Shown here piece by piece: positions 1 to 9,028 of a stretch of 42,138 nt of DNA. Within the stretch, counting starts at the first letter, position 1. The number at the start of each line of letters is the position of its first letter. Source of the DNA: a virus (lineage: Duplodnaviria; Caudoviricetes); IMG/VR virus record IMGVR_UViG_3300023095_000004, positions 1 to 42,138 of that record; one strand, 5' to 3'. Both the position numbers and the translations under genes were made by a program. The notes beneath the pieces are model-generated. The model saw only the letters and a program-made list of their open reading frames with translations, did not search any database and was not told the origin of the DNA.

Positions 1-22
1 CCTATATTTTCCCCCGCGGGCA

Positions 23-51
23 TTTTTGACCCAGACACGCACCTGGCGGCC
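23..51. repeat. Left arm of 29-bp imperfect inverted repeat flanking gene 102..905
   Basis: TTTTTGACCCAGACACGCACCTGGCGGCC matches the reverse complement of 913-941 at 26/29 positions. Confidence 0.9.
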
Positions 52-101
52 CGGGCAGTACCCAGCAAAACATCCCAATCTACGCTAAGAAAGCGAGAAC
101 A

Positions 102-905
102 ATGCCCAAGAAGTCTCCGAAAAAGAGCCGTCTCGGCCTTTTCCTGATCGCGTTTCTCATGTTCGTCGGCTTCGCTGCAGTCTCGGCGCCGGCCGCTTCC
201 GCAGCCACGCTCGGCACTTCCACCTACGTGGCCAACTCGACCTACCAAGGGTTGCGTACTTCTGGCGTGAACGTTCGGGTCTACAACGCCGACAGTGCCG
301 CCAGCTTCACGCAGCACAACGGCTGCTACGAAGTCAACTACGGTTACAACGCCTTGGCTGCGTACATGGAGCTCGTCAGAACCGGGAACTACCTGGCCAA
401 CATGAAGGCGTATCTCGGTCCGGAAGATTCCGAACTCGTCGCCATGGGCCTGCTCACTCGCCATCGATTGCTCAAGGACGAGGTCGTGCTTCGAAGCGAT
501 CTCTACGACGGCAACATCGGCGGTAACGTGATCAACTGTTTGGCTCCCGTCGGCTACCAACTCGGTTCGTTGTCCTCTTCCGGCGCCACTTTGGGCACCT
601 CGACATTCGTTCTGGATTACAACGACAAGGGCGAACGCGCCACTAGCAAGACCATCTACGACACCAACACCGGCGTCGGTACCCACTACACAACCTGTCT
701 CAAAGTCGAGTACGGCAGCGAAGCTCTCGCCGCCGGCCTTTATACCTTGAAGAGCGGGAACTATGCCGTTGAAGAAGCGGCATATCTCAGCCTCGAAGAC
801 AGCGAACTCCTGTTCTTGCTGATCACTGCTCGAGAGCGCCTTTTGGGCGATCGGCCGGCTCGAAACACGATCTGGACGAATTCTTACCCCGCCTGCACTA
901 CCTGA
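102..905 (+). CDS. Secreted/exported protein with two tandem ~110-aa repeat domains
   Basis: Basic N-terminus, hydrophobic stretch and A-S-A signal peptidase site; internal repeat ATLGTST...C..V.YG..ALAA...GNY...AYL..EDSEL. Confidence 0.8.
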   Translation: MPKKSPKKSRLGLFLIAFLMFVGFAAVSAPAASAATLGTSTYVANSTYQGLRTSGVNVRVYNADSAASFTQHNGCYEVNYGYNALAAYMELVRTGNYLANMKAYLGPEDSELVAMGLLTRHRLLKDEVVLRSDLYDGNIGGNVINCLAPVGYQLGSLSSSGATLGTSTFVLDYNDKGERATSKTIYDTNTGVGTHYTTCLKVEYGSEALAAGLYTLKSGNYAVEEAAYLSLEDSELLFLLITARERLLGDRPARNTIWTNSYPACTT

Positions 906-912
906 TTTAACC

Positions 913-941
913 GGCCACCAGGTGCGCTTCTGGGTCAAAAA
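913..941. repeat. Right arm of 29-bp inverted repeat
   Basis: GGCCACCAGGTGCGCTTCTGGGTCAAAAA, complementary to 23-51. Confidence 0.9.
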
Positions 942-974
942 AGTACTGTAGAACTCTCGGTGTGAGGAGGTGAA

Positions 975-1334
975 GTGGGAGTGGTTGCCCGAAGAGTCAA
1001 TCCCGGTGAGGGTAAACCCACACCAAAGCCTAGGGGGCGCCCTGCTTCAACCCCAGAAGGCCGAGAGAATCAGCTTATTGCTGCCGCCGAAGCTCTTGCG
1101 GAGAAGCAATTGCTGGAAGGAACGGCTTCATCTCAAGTAATCACGCATTATTTGAAGTTGGGATCCCCTCGAGAGCAGCTTGAGCGCAGAAAACTTGCGG
1201 GAGAGATCTTGCTACTCGAAACCAAGGCCGAAGACATCTCGTCCAAAGCCAGAACCGAAGAGATGTACCGCGAAGCGATGAATGCCTTTGCTTCATACGC
1301 GGGAAATGAGCCTCCGGAGGATTTCGGTGTATAG
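975..1334 (+). CDS. Conserved phage protein, possible terminase small subunit
   Basis: GAGGAGG RBS; small helical protein with basic KPRGRP N-terminus; sits next to the HNH gene at the left genome end. Confidence 0.5.
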   Translation: MGVVARRVNPGEGKPTPKPRGRPASTPEGRENQLIAAAEALAEKQLLEGTASSQVITHYLKLGSPREQLERRKLAGEILLLETKAEDISSKARTEEMYREAMNAFASYAGNEPPEDFGV

Positions 1335-1734
1335 AACATACACGGATCTTTCCAAGATTCACGAATTCGAAGATCGCTATCGATATTTGGCTCTTCGCGG
1401 GTCTGTCGGTGGCGCCACGTTCGGTTATGATCGCTATATGAATCAGGAGTTTTATCGCTCCCGAGAATGGCGGCAAATCCGAGAATTCGTCATTGTTCGT
1501 GACAATGGTTGTGATTTAGGCGTTCCTGGGTTCGAAATTCACACCGATTTGTTGGTGCATCACATGAATCCAATGGCGCCCTCGCACATTATTCACGGAG
1601 ATCCGGATATTCTGGATCCAGAGTTTCTCATCACCACAACCCACAAAACCCACAATGCTATTCATTACGGCGACGAATCTCAACTCCCAGCTCGGATAAT
1701 TGAGCGGCGCCCCGGTGATACAAAGCTTTGGTAA
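1327..1734 (+). CDS. HNH endonuclease (packaging-associated type)
   Basis: FYRSREWRQIREFVIVRDNGCDLG, VHHMNP and THKTHNAIH motifs; GTG start at 1327 after GGAGGA. Confidence 0.85.
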   Translation: MYRTYTDLSKIHEFEDRYRYLALRGSVGGATFGYDRYMNQEFYRSREWRQIREFVIVRDNGCDLGVPGFEIHTDLLVHHMNPMAPSHIIHGDPDILDPEFLITTTHKTHNAIHYGDESQLPARIIERRPGDTKLW

Positions 1735-1744
1735 AAGGAGAATC

Positions 1745-1981
1745 ATGGGAAACCACGATTTGGAGACCGATGATGGTCCCGAAGAGTTTTTGAGCTGGGA
1801 ACCGTCCGACGAAGACTCGGTTCTTCATACGGACGACCCCAGTAATCCTGGAAACCTGACTTCCGCCGAGTACTTCGATGCAATTTCCACGATCGAAGAG
1901 AACGAGGGCGACAAAGGTCTCCACATCATCCCGGAGGAGTATCTTCCGGCCGAGGATCCGAAGCTGGAGGAAGCCAAATGA
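1745..1981 (+). CDS. Small acidic hypothetical protein
   Basis: AAGGAG RBS before ATG 1745; ATGA overlap with the endolysin gene. Confidence 0.7.
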   Translation: MGNHDLETDDGPEEFLSWEPSDEDSVLHTDDPSNPGNLTSAEYFDAISTIEENEGDKGLHIIPEEYLPAEDPKLEEAK

Positions 1982-2940
1982 GCGTCATTACCAACGATGC
2001 CGGCAGTTGGATCGAGAACTACGGCGTATTTGGTCCCGGACTGCCGTGGGGGTGCGAAGTACACACTCTTCAGGCTGCTGCTCGACCGGGACTTGCCTGG
2101 TCTCTGTCTGAGCCGGGTGGATACCTCGACAATGAGGGCCTCGGTCCGCAGCGAATGACCGACCCGACGAACATCGTCTCGGTTCTTCCACGTCATCTCA
2201 AGGGCGGACATTCTGGTTCCATCGCAAACCAGGAATGCATCGGCTATGAGGTTACCGGCTTTGCCGAATGGACCGCGGCGGAATGGCTGGACGGTGGATT
2301 GCGCCAGAAAGCTCTTGAGAACGACGCCTCGATCATCGCCGAAGACATCGAGGCTATGGGATGGAAGCGTGAATGGATTCGCGCTCTTTCCATCGGTCAG
2401 ATGCAGTCGAACCACCAGAAGAAATTGGCCGGCCGCACCGATTTCGAGTACGGTCTTCACGGCCACGTCGACGTCAGCGTCGCCTTCCCCGGCACAACCA
2501 GTCACTGGGATCCGGGCCCCGGCTTCCCGTGGGCATGGTTCCTCGATCGAGTCCGTTTCTACTTCGACAAGATCAAGGGAGTACCGACTCCGCCCAAGCC
2601 GCCGGCGCTAGCCCCGATTCAATACCGACCTTTCCCGTCGGTCATCAAAGGCAAGGTCTACGGCCCCAAGGGTGCCTTGAAGAAGAACTACCCCGCCGGT
2701 GTCGATCAGGTCATGACCGGATACGAGGGCAGCAAGGTTGGTCCGGGCCGACGAGCCAACATCAAACTCATCCAGAAGGCGTTGGGTATCGACAACGTCA
2801 TCGTTCAGGATGGTCGCTACGGTCCGATCACTGCGCAGGCAGTCAAGCTCTTCCAGAAGAAGACCAAGTGCGCAAAGCAGACCGGCTTCGTCGGCCCCAA
2901 AACCTGGCTCGCACTCATGAAGGTCCTTCAGGGCAAATAG
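1978..2940 (+). CDS. Endolysin: N-acetylmuramoyl-L-alanine amidase plus C-terminal peptidoglycan-binding domain
   Basis: Amidase_2-like EVHT, IGYE, GHVDV and HWDPGPGFPW motifs; Pro-rich linker; IQKALG..DGRYGPITAQAVKLFQ...GFVGPKTW PG-binding motif. Confidence 0.85.
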   Translation: MSVITNDAGSWIENYGVFGPGLPWGCEVHTLQAAARPGLAWSLSEPGGYLDNEGLGPQRMTDPTNIVSVLPRHLKGGHSGSIANQECIGYEVTGFAEWTAAEWLDGGLRQKALENDASIIAEDIEAMGWKREWIRALSIGQMQSNHQKKLAGRTDFEYGLHGHVDVSVAFPGTTSHWDPGPGFPWAWFLDRVRFYFDKIKGVPTPPKPPALAPIQYRPFPSVIKGKVYGPKGALKKNYPAGVDQVMTGYEGSKVGPGRRANIKLIQKALGIDNVIVQDGRYGPITAQAVKLFQKKTKCAKQTGFVGPKTWLALMKVLQGK

Positions 2941-2963
2941 CCCCCAATCCGTAGGAGTACTTA

Positions 2964-3236
2964 ATGAGCCAGATCAGTGTCACGGACGTGGCGCAGGCTA
3001 TTTCTGTCGCCGGTAAGTCCGCGATTCAGAACCTTTCTTCTGTACCAATTGTCTTCGCGCGCGAGGCAACGGTCACTGCATCTGGCTCGACGGGGGGATT
3101 CCGGCTTGATCCGGGCGCCACGTACGATTTCGACAAAGCACGAGTCGAGTACAACAGCGCTTACATTGGAATCCCCCCGTTGTATGTTGTTTGCGCTACA
3201 GGCCAAACAGCAACTCTCGCATATGGAGCAATCTGA
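2964..3236 (+). CDS. Hypothetical beta-rich protein
   Basis: AGGAG RBS; stop overlaps the next start (TGATG). Confidence 0.7.
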   Translation: MSQISVTDVAQAISVAGKSAIQNLSSVPIVFAREATVTASGSTGGFRLDPGATYDFDKARVEYNSAYIGIPPLYVVCATGQTATLAYGAI

Positions 3237-4519
3237 TGGGGTTCAATCCAGGAACAGTAGCGGTCAAGCCGTTGACCGCGGAAGACTTCCGACAGATGTC
3301 CGAAGGAACTTTGGGCTTGACACCCATTATGTTTCAGGGCATTCCTCGAAACTTCTTCACGACAAGCGCGTATACCTCTGCCACATACGCCATGCGCCTT
3401 CGAGAACGAATTCGCGCTCGCGGGCATCGGTTTTGGTTTCCGAACTTCTCTAATGGCGGAGCATCTTCCATCGAAGTTCAAAACACAAACCCCATCACCA
3501 TCAAAGCCAATCTGTTATTGGCGCTTACGTCAGGCCCGACAATTCCATTGACATTTGGTGGTCAACTTTCGGTAACAATCCCGGCGCATATTTCTGGTGT
3601 CTGGTCGGATCCGATTGAAGTAGATCTCCCGCAAGACATGACACCGTTGATGTTGACCTACGTCAGCGTCTCCGATGTCGGCATGAAGTGGCCAAATGTT
3701 TCGTACGGTAATGCGGGCGCCGGTGAGGGCGTAACTACCGGATCGGATCAGACTGCAAGTTTGACGGGAGTCACCGGTGCTAACGGTTATGTCTACGGCC
3801 CGATGGCGGCTTACGGCATTCCTGGAAAAAGTACTCGAGCCGCTCGTCTAGGTATTGGCGGAGATTCAATTGATCGCGGAGCCACGACTAGTCGGGATGT
3901 AGAAGGTTTGAACATCGTCGCGCCCATCTCGCAAACTGCTGTGGCTAACATTGCCGCATACGGAGAATCGGCAGTCGGTTTCATCGCCCCTGCCGGTCAT
4001 AAGAATCGAACGGCGTTCTTATCGGGATGTACTTCTTGGTACACTGGTTGGGGCGTCAATGACATTCAAGCTGGCGGCATCACGGTAGCGCAACTCGCCG
4101 CTCGTTTGATCGCCACTTGGCAGATCTTTTACGATCGAACTGGTGTTCTTGGTTATCAGCGAACAATCACTCCGAAGACGATGTCAACTGATGGTTGGGC
4201 TACGCCGGGGAATCAGGCAGTCGCTTCGGCGCCTTGGTCACATGCGGTTCGAACGGGGCTTAACGACTGGCTTCGTGACGGTGCGCCAATGTTGAACGGA
4301 GTATACGTTGCTCCGGGATCATCGGCCCCCGGAACAATTCGCAAAGGAGACCCGGGGCATTTCATCTCCGGGATTCTCGATTGGGCCGACATTGTCGAAA
4401 CCGCTCGCAACTCGGGAATCTTCAAAGCGGGCTATTCGTTCGACGGCATCCACTTGAACCCGGTAGCTTACACTGCCATCGCTGCCGGTATCGATTGGTC
4501 CAAACTCGGAATCATCTAA
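3236..4519 (+). CDS. SGNH/GDSL hydrolase-domain protein with N-terminal beta domain
   Basis: GDSI (block I), GVND (block III) and DGIH (block V) motifs; start set at ATG 3236 by coupling to the upstream stop. Confidence 0.8.
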   Translation: MGFNPGTVAVKPLTAEDFRQMSEGTLGLTPIMFQGIPRNFFTTSAYTSATYAMRLRERIRARGHRFWFPNFSNGGASSIEVQNTNPITIKANLLLALTSGPTIPLTFGGQLSVTIPAHISGVWSDPIEVDLPQDMTPLMLTYVSVSDVGMKWPNVSYGNAGAGEGVTTGSDQTASLTGVTGANGYVYGPMAAYGIPGKSTRAARLGIGGDSIDRGATTSRDVEGLNIVAPISQTAVANIAAYGESAVGFIAPAGHKNRTAFLSGCTSWYTGWGVNDIQAGGITVAQLAARLIATWQIFYDRTGVLGYQRTITPKTMSTDGWATPGNQAVASAPWSHAVRTGLNDWLRDGAPMLNGVYVAPGSSAPGTIRKGDPGHFISGILDWADIVETARNSGIFKAGYSFDGIHLNPVAYTAIAAGIDWSKLGII

Positions 4520-4554
4520 CACCGTCAAAATGGAAGTAGAGAGGAGGTTTGGAG

Positions 4555-4932
4555 ATGAGTGACAGCATTCTTCTTAGCACTAAAAAAGTTCTCAGTATTC
4601 CGGAGGATTACGACGTCTTTGATGATCAGGTTGTCCTCTTCATCAACTCCGCATTTGCGACCTTGAACCAGTTGGGTGTTGGGCCCGAAGATGGTTTTAG
4701 CATCCAAGATGCAACCGAAACTTGGACCGACTTCATCGGAGTGAATCCGAAGTATGACATGGTTAAAACCTATGTCTACCTTAAGACTCGCGCCCTCTTC
4801 GACCCGCCCCAGATGGGGTACTTGGTCACCGCCATGGATTCGCAAATCAATCAGCTCGAATGGCGGCTTAACGTATTGAGAGAGGAGACGGAATGGCGCA
4901 ACCCGAATCCGACTTTGGTGCCAGAGGACTAG
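4555..4932 (+). CDS. Putative head-tail connector/adaptor protein
   Basis: GAGGAGG RBS; DSILLSTKKVL...FINSAFATLNQLGVGP helical gp6/gp15-like pattern. Confidence 0.55.
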   Translation: MSDSILLSTKKVLSIPEDYDVFDDQVVLFINSAFATLNQLGVGPEDGFSIQDATETWTDFIGVNPKYDMVKTYVYLKTRALFDPPQMGYLVTAMDSQINQLEWRLNVLREETEWRNPNPTLVPED

Positions 4933-5324
4933 AGAACGTCCTTGCTCATCACGGCGTCAAAGGGATGAAGTGGGGTGTTCGCCGATCTGCAACTCAGTTG
5001 GCCAGTCGAGCCAAAGGTAAAGTTGATGAGGTGGTCGAAGGCAAGAAAGCCAAGAAAACCGCCAAAGCTGCTGCCCGATCCGAAGACCATCTGAAGGTTG
5101 CGGCTCTGACAGAAAAGTCTAGAGAGCTCGGCCGAGCATCACTCTCCAACAAAGAGTTGGAGGCCGTTATCGCCCGGAAGAATCTAGAGGTTCAGTACGC
5201 AAAACTGAATCCGACAGTAATCGACCGAGGCATCAGCACGATCGACAAACTCATGGGGCAGCACACCAAATTCAACACTGCCGTTCGTAATTTCCAAAAT
5301 ACGAAAGCCCTAATGAACAAGTAG
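4893..5324 (+). CDS. Basic protein with LAHHGVKGMKWGVRR N-terminal motif, probable virion protein
   Basis: Recurrent phage motif HHGVKGMKWGVRR; located just upstream of the terminase. Confidence 0.75.
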   Translation: MAQPESDFGARGLENVLAHHGVKGMKWGVRRSATQLASRAKGKVDEVVEGKKAKKTAKAAARSEDHLKVAALTEKSRELGRASLSNKELEAVIARKNLEVQYAKLNPTVIDRGISTIDKLMGQHTKFNTAVRNFQNTKALMNK

Positions 5325-5338
5325 AGAGGAGGTCGGCG

Positions 5339-7084
5339 GTGGGTCTGTCAAACACAGCAGTACCTATTTACTACGGTAGATTTCGAGACGCAGTTATTCG
5401 CGGGGAGATCCCGGTAAACGAACAAATTGCGCTCGAGATGAACCGAATTGACGCACTCATCGCCGATCCGATCTACTTCTACGACGATCAAGCAGTTGAG
5501 GGTTTCGTTCGGTACTGCGAGAACGAGCTCACGTTAACAGATGGTAGCGATCTACATCTGTTGGATTCTTTTAAACTCTGGGCAGAACAGATATTCGGAT
5601 GGTACTACTTCACCGAAAGAAGTGTTTATGAGCCCGGAGAAGATAATCATGGTGGACACTATGTTACCAAGGTTATCAAGAAACGACTGACGGTCAAGCA
5701 ATATTTGATTGTCGCCCGTGGCGCCGCCAAATCTATGTATGCGTCTTGCATTCAGAACTACTTTGCTGTTATTGACACAGCGACCACGCATCAGATTACC
5801 ACGGCGCCAACAATGAAACAAGCAGACGAAGTGATGTCGCCTATACGTACCGCGGTCACGCGCGCGCGAGGGCCTCTCTTCAAATTCCTTACTGAAGGTT
5901 CGTTACAAAACACGACAGGCTCTCGAGCCAATCGCGTTAAGCTTGCATCCACTAAGAAAGGGATTGAAAACTTTCTTACCGGGTCCCTCATTGAAGTACG
6001 ACCAATGTCGATCAACAAACTTCAAGGACTTCGACCTAAGATTTCCACCGTCGATGAATGGCTGTCGGGTGATATTCGAGAGGATGTCGTCGGCGCCATC
6101 GAACAGGGAGCCTCCAAGCTCTCTGACTATCTCATCGTCGCCATCAGTTCAGAGGGTACTGTGCGTAACGGTTCGGGCGATACCATCAAGCTCGAGCTAG
6201 CAAACATCCTCAAGGGGGACTATTACGCTCCTCATATTTCCATTTGGCACTACCGGCTCGACACAATCGAGGAAGTAAACCAACCCGAGATGTGGGTTAA
6301 GGCCAATCCTAACATCGGGCGTACGGTGTCATATGACACCTACCACCTAGACGTTGAGCGAGCCGAAAAGGCGCCAGCTTCGCGTAACGACATCCTGGCC
6401 AAGCGCTTTGGAATCCCTATGGAGGGGTTCACGTACTTCTTCACGTACGAAGAGACTATTCCGCATCGTAAGTCCGATTTCTGGCAGATGCCTTGTTCTC
6501 TTGGCGCGGATCTTTCCCAAGGCGACGACTTCTGTGCCTTCACGTTCTTATTCCCATTTGGAGATGGGCGATTCGGCGTTAAAACCAGAAGCTACATCTC
6601 AGAATTGACATTAATGAAGTTGCCAGCAGCAATGCGGCAGAAATATGACGAGTTCCTTGAAGAGGGTAGTCTACACGTCCTTCCGGGCAACATTCTTGAC
6701 ATGAATGACGTTTATGACGATCTCGATAAACACATAGTCGAGAAGAAGTACGATGTACGTACTCTTGGGTTTGATCCGTACAATGCCAAAGAATTTGTTA
6801 CTCGGTATGAAGCCGATAACGGCCCCTTTGGTGTCGAGAAGGTTATTCAAGGTGCCCGAACAGAATCAGTCCCACTCGGTGAGTTAAAGAAACTAGCCAG
6901 TGAGCGATTGATCATATTCGACGAGAAACTCATGATGTTCTGTATGGGCAACTCGATCACACTTGAAGATACCAACGGCAATCGTAAGTTGCTGAAGAAA
7001 CGACAAGAAGCAAAAATCGACAACGTTGCCGCCATGATGGACGCGTGGATCGCGTACAAACTCAACAAGGAGGCTTTCGAATGA
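5339..7084 (+). CDS. terL: Terminase large subunit
   Basis: Walker A-like VARGAAKS, Walker B TVDEW, nuclease GADLSQGDD and KIDNVAA motifs. Confidence 0.92.
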   Translation: MGLSNTAVPIYYGRFRDAVIRGEIPVNEQIALEMNRIDALIADPIYFYDDQAVEGFVRYCENELTLTDGSDLHLLDSFKLWAEQIFGWYYFTERSVYEPGEDNHGGHYVTKVIKKRLTVKQYLIVARGAAKSMYASCIQNYFAVIDTATTHQITTAPTMKQADEVMSPIRTAVTRARGPLFKFLTEGSLQNTTGSRANRVKLASTKKGIENFLTGSLIEVRPMSINKLQGLRPKISTVDEWLSGDIREDVVGAIEQGASKLSDYLIVAISSEGTVRNGSGDTIKLELANILKGDYYAPHISIWHYRLDTIEEVNQPEMWVKANPNIGRTVSYDTYHLDVERAEKAPASRNDILAKRFGIPMEGFTYFFTYEETIPHRKSDFWQMPCSLGADLSQGDDFCAFTFLFPFGDGRFGVKTRSYISELTLMKLPAAMRQKYDEFLEEGSLHVLPGNILDMNDVYDDLDKHIVEKKYDVRTLGFDPYNAKEFVTRYEADNGPFGVEKVIQGARTESVPLGELKKLASERLIIFDEKLMMFCMGNSITLEDTNGNRKLLKKRQEAKIDNVAAMMDAWIAYKLNKEAFE

Positions 7085-7104
7085 GTGAAGAAAGGAGGTA
7101 CTAG

Positions 7105-8406
7105 ATGACGATTCTGGGAAGAATCAAAAGCAAATGGAACGCTTTCACGAACAGAGATGAAGATCGAGAGCGTTTTTCATACACACGGATCGGCGCTAGC
7201 TACGGTGCGCGTCCGGACCGAGCCCGTTTGCGAATCCCGAACGAGCGTTCTATCATCTCCTCGATCTACACTCGAATGTCGATCGATGTTTCTGAAGTTG
7301 CGCTGCGTCATGTAACTGTTGACGATAATGAAAATTATGTCAGCGATTACAAAAGTGGCCTGCAAGAATGCTTGCGAATCGAGGCGAATATCGACCAAGG
7401 CGCTCGAGCATTTCGGCAAGACATTGCGATGACTCTGTTTGACGAAGGCACCGCAGCAATTGTTGCTACCGATACATCAGACAACCCGTTTGATACCGGC
7501 GCTTACGATATTCAAACTCTTCGCGTTGGTACGGTTCGGGCTTGGCATCCGGAACATGTATTAGTGCATCTCTACAACCAGGCTACGGGCGAACGAGAAG
7601 AGATTCTGCTACCGAAGCGGATCGTAGCCATCGTCGAAAACCCTCTTCATGCGATCATGAATGAGCCGAACTCGACTCTGCAGCGACTTATTCGAAAACT
7701 CGGAATGCTCGACACGGTTGATGAAGCCACCAGCTCTGGAAAACTGGATTTGATTATTCAGTTGCCCTACGTTGTAAAGTCTGAGGCTCGTCAAAAACAA
7801 GCTGAACAGCGTCGATCCGATATCGAGTTTCAGTTGAAGACCGGTAAGTATGGCATCGCATATACTGACGGTACCGAAAAGATCACACAACTGAATCGCC
7901 CAGCAGAGAACAATCTGCTGAAGCAAATCGAGTACTTGACTGGCTTGCTGTACAGTCAACTTGGTTTGACGCCGGCAATCATGGATGGAACGGCTACGCC
8001 TGAGCAACAACTGGCATATTCCAACCGGACCATTGAACCCATCATGGATGCCATCTCTGAGGCCATGACACGAGTCTTTTTGACGAAGACCGCTCGAGCG
8101 CAAGGACAGCGGGTTCTATATTTCCGCAACGTCTTCCGGCTAATTCCGCTTGAGCAGCTTGCCGAGATCACGGACAAATTCACTCGAAATGAAGTGTTGA
8201 CAGCGAATGAGATTCGTGGCGCTATTGGCTTCCGTCCGTCGAAGGATGCCAAGGCTGACGAGCTTCGTAACAGCAACATGCCGCAGCCGGCCGAAGCTGT
8301 CGCGGCGCCCGAAGCAGATGCTGGTCCGGACGAGCTTGACTCGGCTTTGGAAGAACTTGACGCCGAAATGGCGGGTCTTCTTGAAGATGCTGGAGCAGGA
8401 GAATGA
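7105..8406 (+). CDS. Portal protein
   Basis: Follows terL; 433 aa; HK97-portal-like C-terminal VLTANEIRGAIGFRP. Confidence 0.88.
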   Translation: MTILGRIKSKWNAFTNRDEDRERFSYTRIGASYGARPDRARLRIPNERSIISSIYTRMSIDVSEVALRHVTVDDNENYVSDYKSGLQECLRIEANIDQGARAFRQDIAMTLFDEGTAAIVATDTSDNPFDTGAYDIQTLRVGTVRAWHPEHVLVHLYNQATGEREEILLPKRIVAIVENPLHAIMNEPNSTLQRLIRKLGMLDTVDEATSSGKLDLIIQLPYVVKSEARQKQAEQRRSDIEFQLKTGKYGIAYTDGTEKITQLNRPAENNLLKQIEYLTGLLYSQLGLTPAIMDGTATPEQQLAYSNRTIEPIMDAISEAMTRVFLTKTARAQGQRVLYFRNVFRLIPLEQLAEITDKFTRNEVLTANEIRGAIGFRPSKDAKADELRNSNMPQPAEAVAAPEADAGPDELDSALEELDAEMAGLLEDAGAGE

Positions 8407-8993
8407 CAATCCTTCTCGGCGAAGAAGCCATCACCAAAATCTTCCGACATGCCGATCCGGATTACGATCCGCAAAAGGCAAAAGAGTATTACGAACGAAC
8501 CAAGCACTTGAAAGGTCGAAAGAAAGGCTCGGCGATAGAGTCTTCTGGTCGTCGACCAGTCGGCGCCAAAACCCCAACCGTAAAAGTTCCGAACCGTGCC
8601 GCTGAACACAAAGCGGCTCAGGTAGCACGAGTACGGGAACTTACCGAACGACTGAAAAAATTGCGCGCTATCTATAAAAAACTGATAGACGCAGCCAAAC
8701 GTCGATCTGGTGTAGAGGTCAAACCAGATCCCGCCGAGAAAGACGCGGCTGGAAAAGACAAAAAGTCCTCTGCCGAAGATCTCTCCGCTGCCGAGAAGCG
8801 TAAAAAGTCTATCGCGGCGAAGAAAGCTTACGAAAAAGAGCATCCAGACAAAGCGGTTGAGGCGCTAGACAAACAAGTAGCTGCTATGGTCGAAAAGATC
8901 AAAGAAGCTCGGGCCAAACTCAAAGAAGCCATCGCGGCAGAAACTGAGAAGAAGGTCGCCGCACCAAAGCCCACCCCATCTAAAGCGGCATAA
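8403..8993 (+). CDS. Lys/Ala-rich coiled-coil protein between portal and capsid genes
   Basis: ATGA coupling to the portal gene; YDPQKAKEYYERTKHLKGR motif. Confidence 0.75.
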   Translation: MTILLGEEAITKIFRHADPDYDPQKAKEYYERTKHLKGRKKGSAIESSGRRPVGAKTPTVKVPNRAAEHKAAQVARVRELTERLKKLRAIYKKLIDAAKRRSGVEVKPDPAEKDAAGKDKKSSAEDLSAAEKRKKSIAAKKAYEKEHPDKAVEALDKQVAAMVEKIKEARAKLKEAIAAETEKKVAAPKPTPSKAA

Positions 8994-9028
8994 CGGCCGT
9001 CCTACAGGAAAGAAGGGAGACTGTCAAA

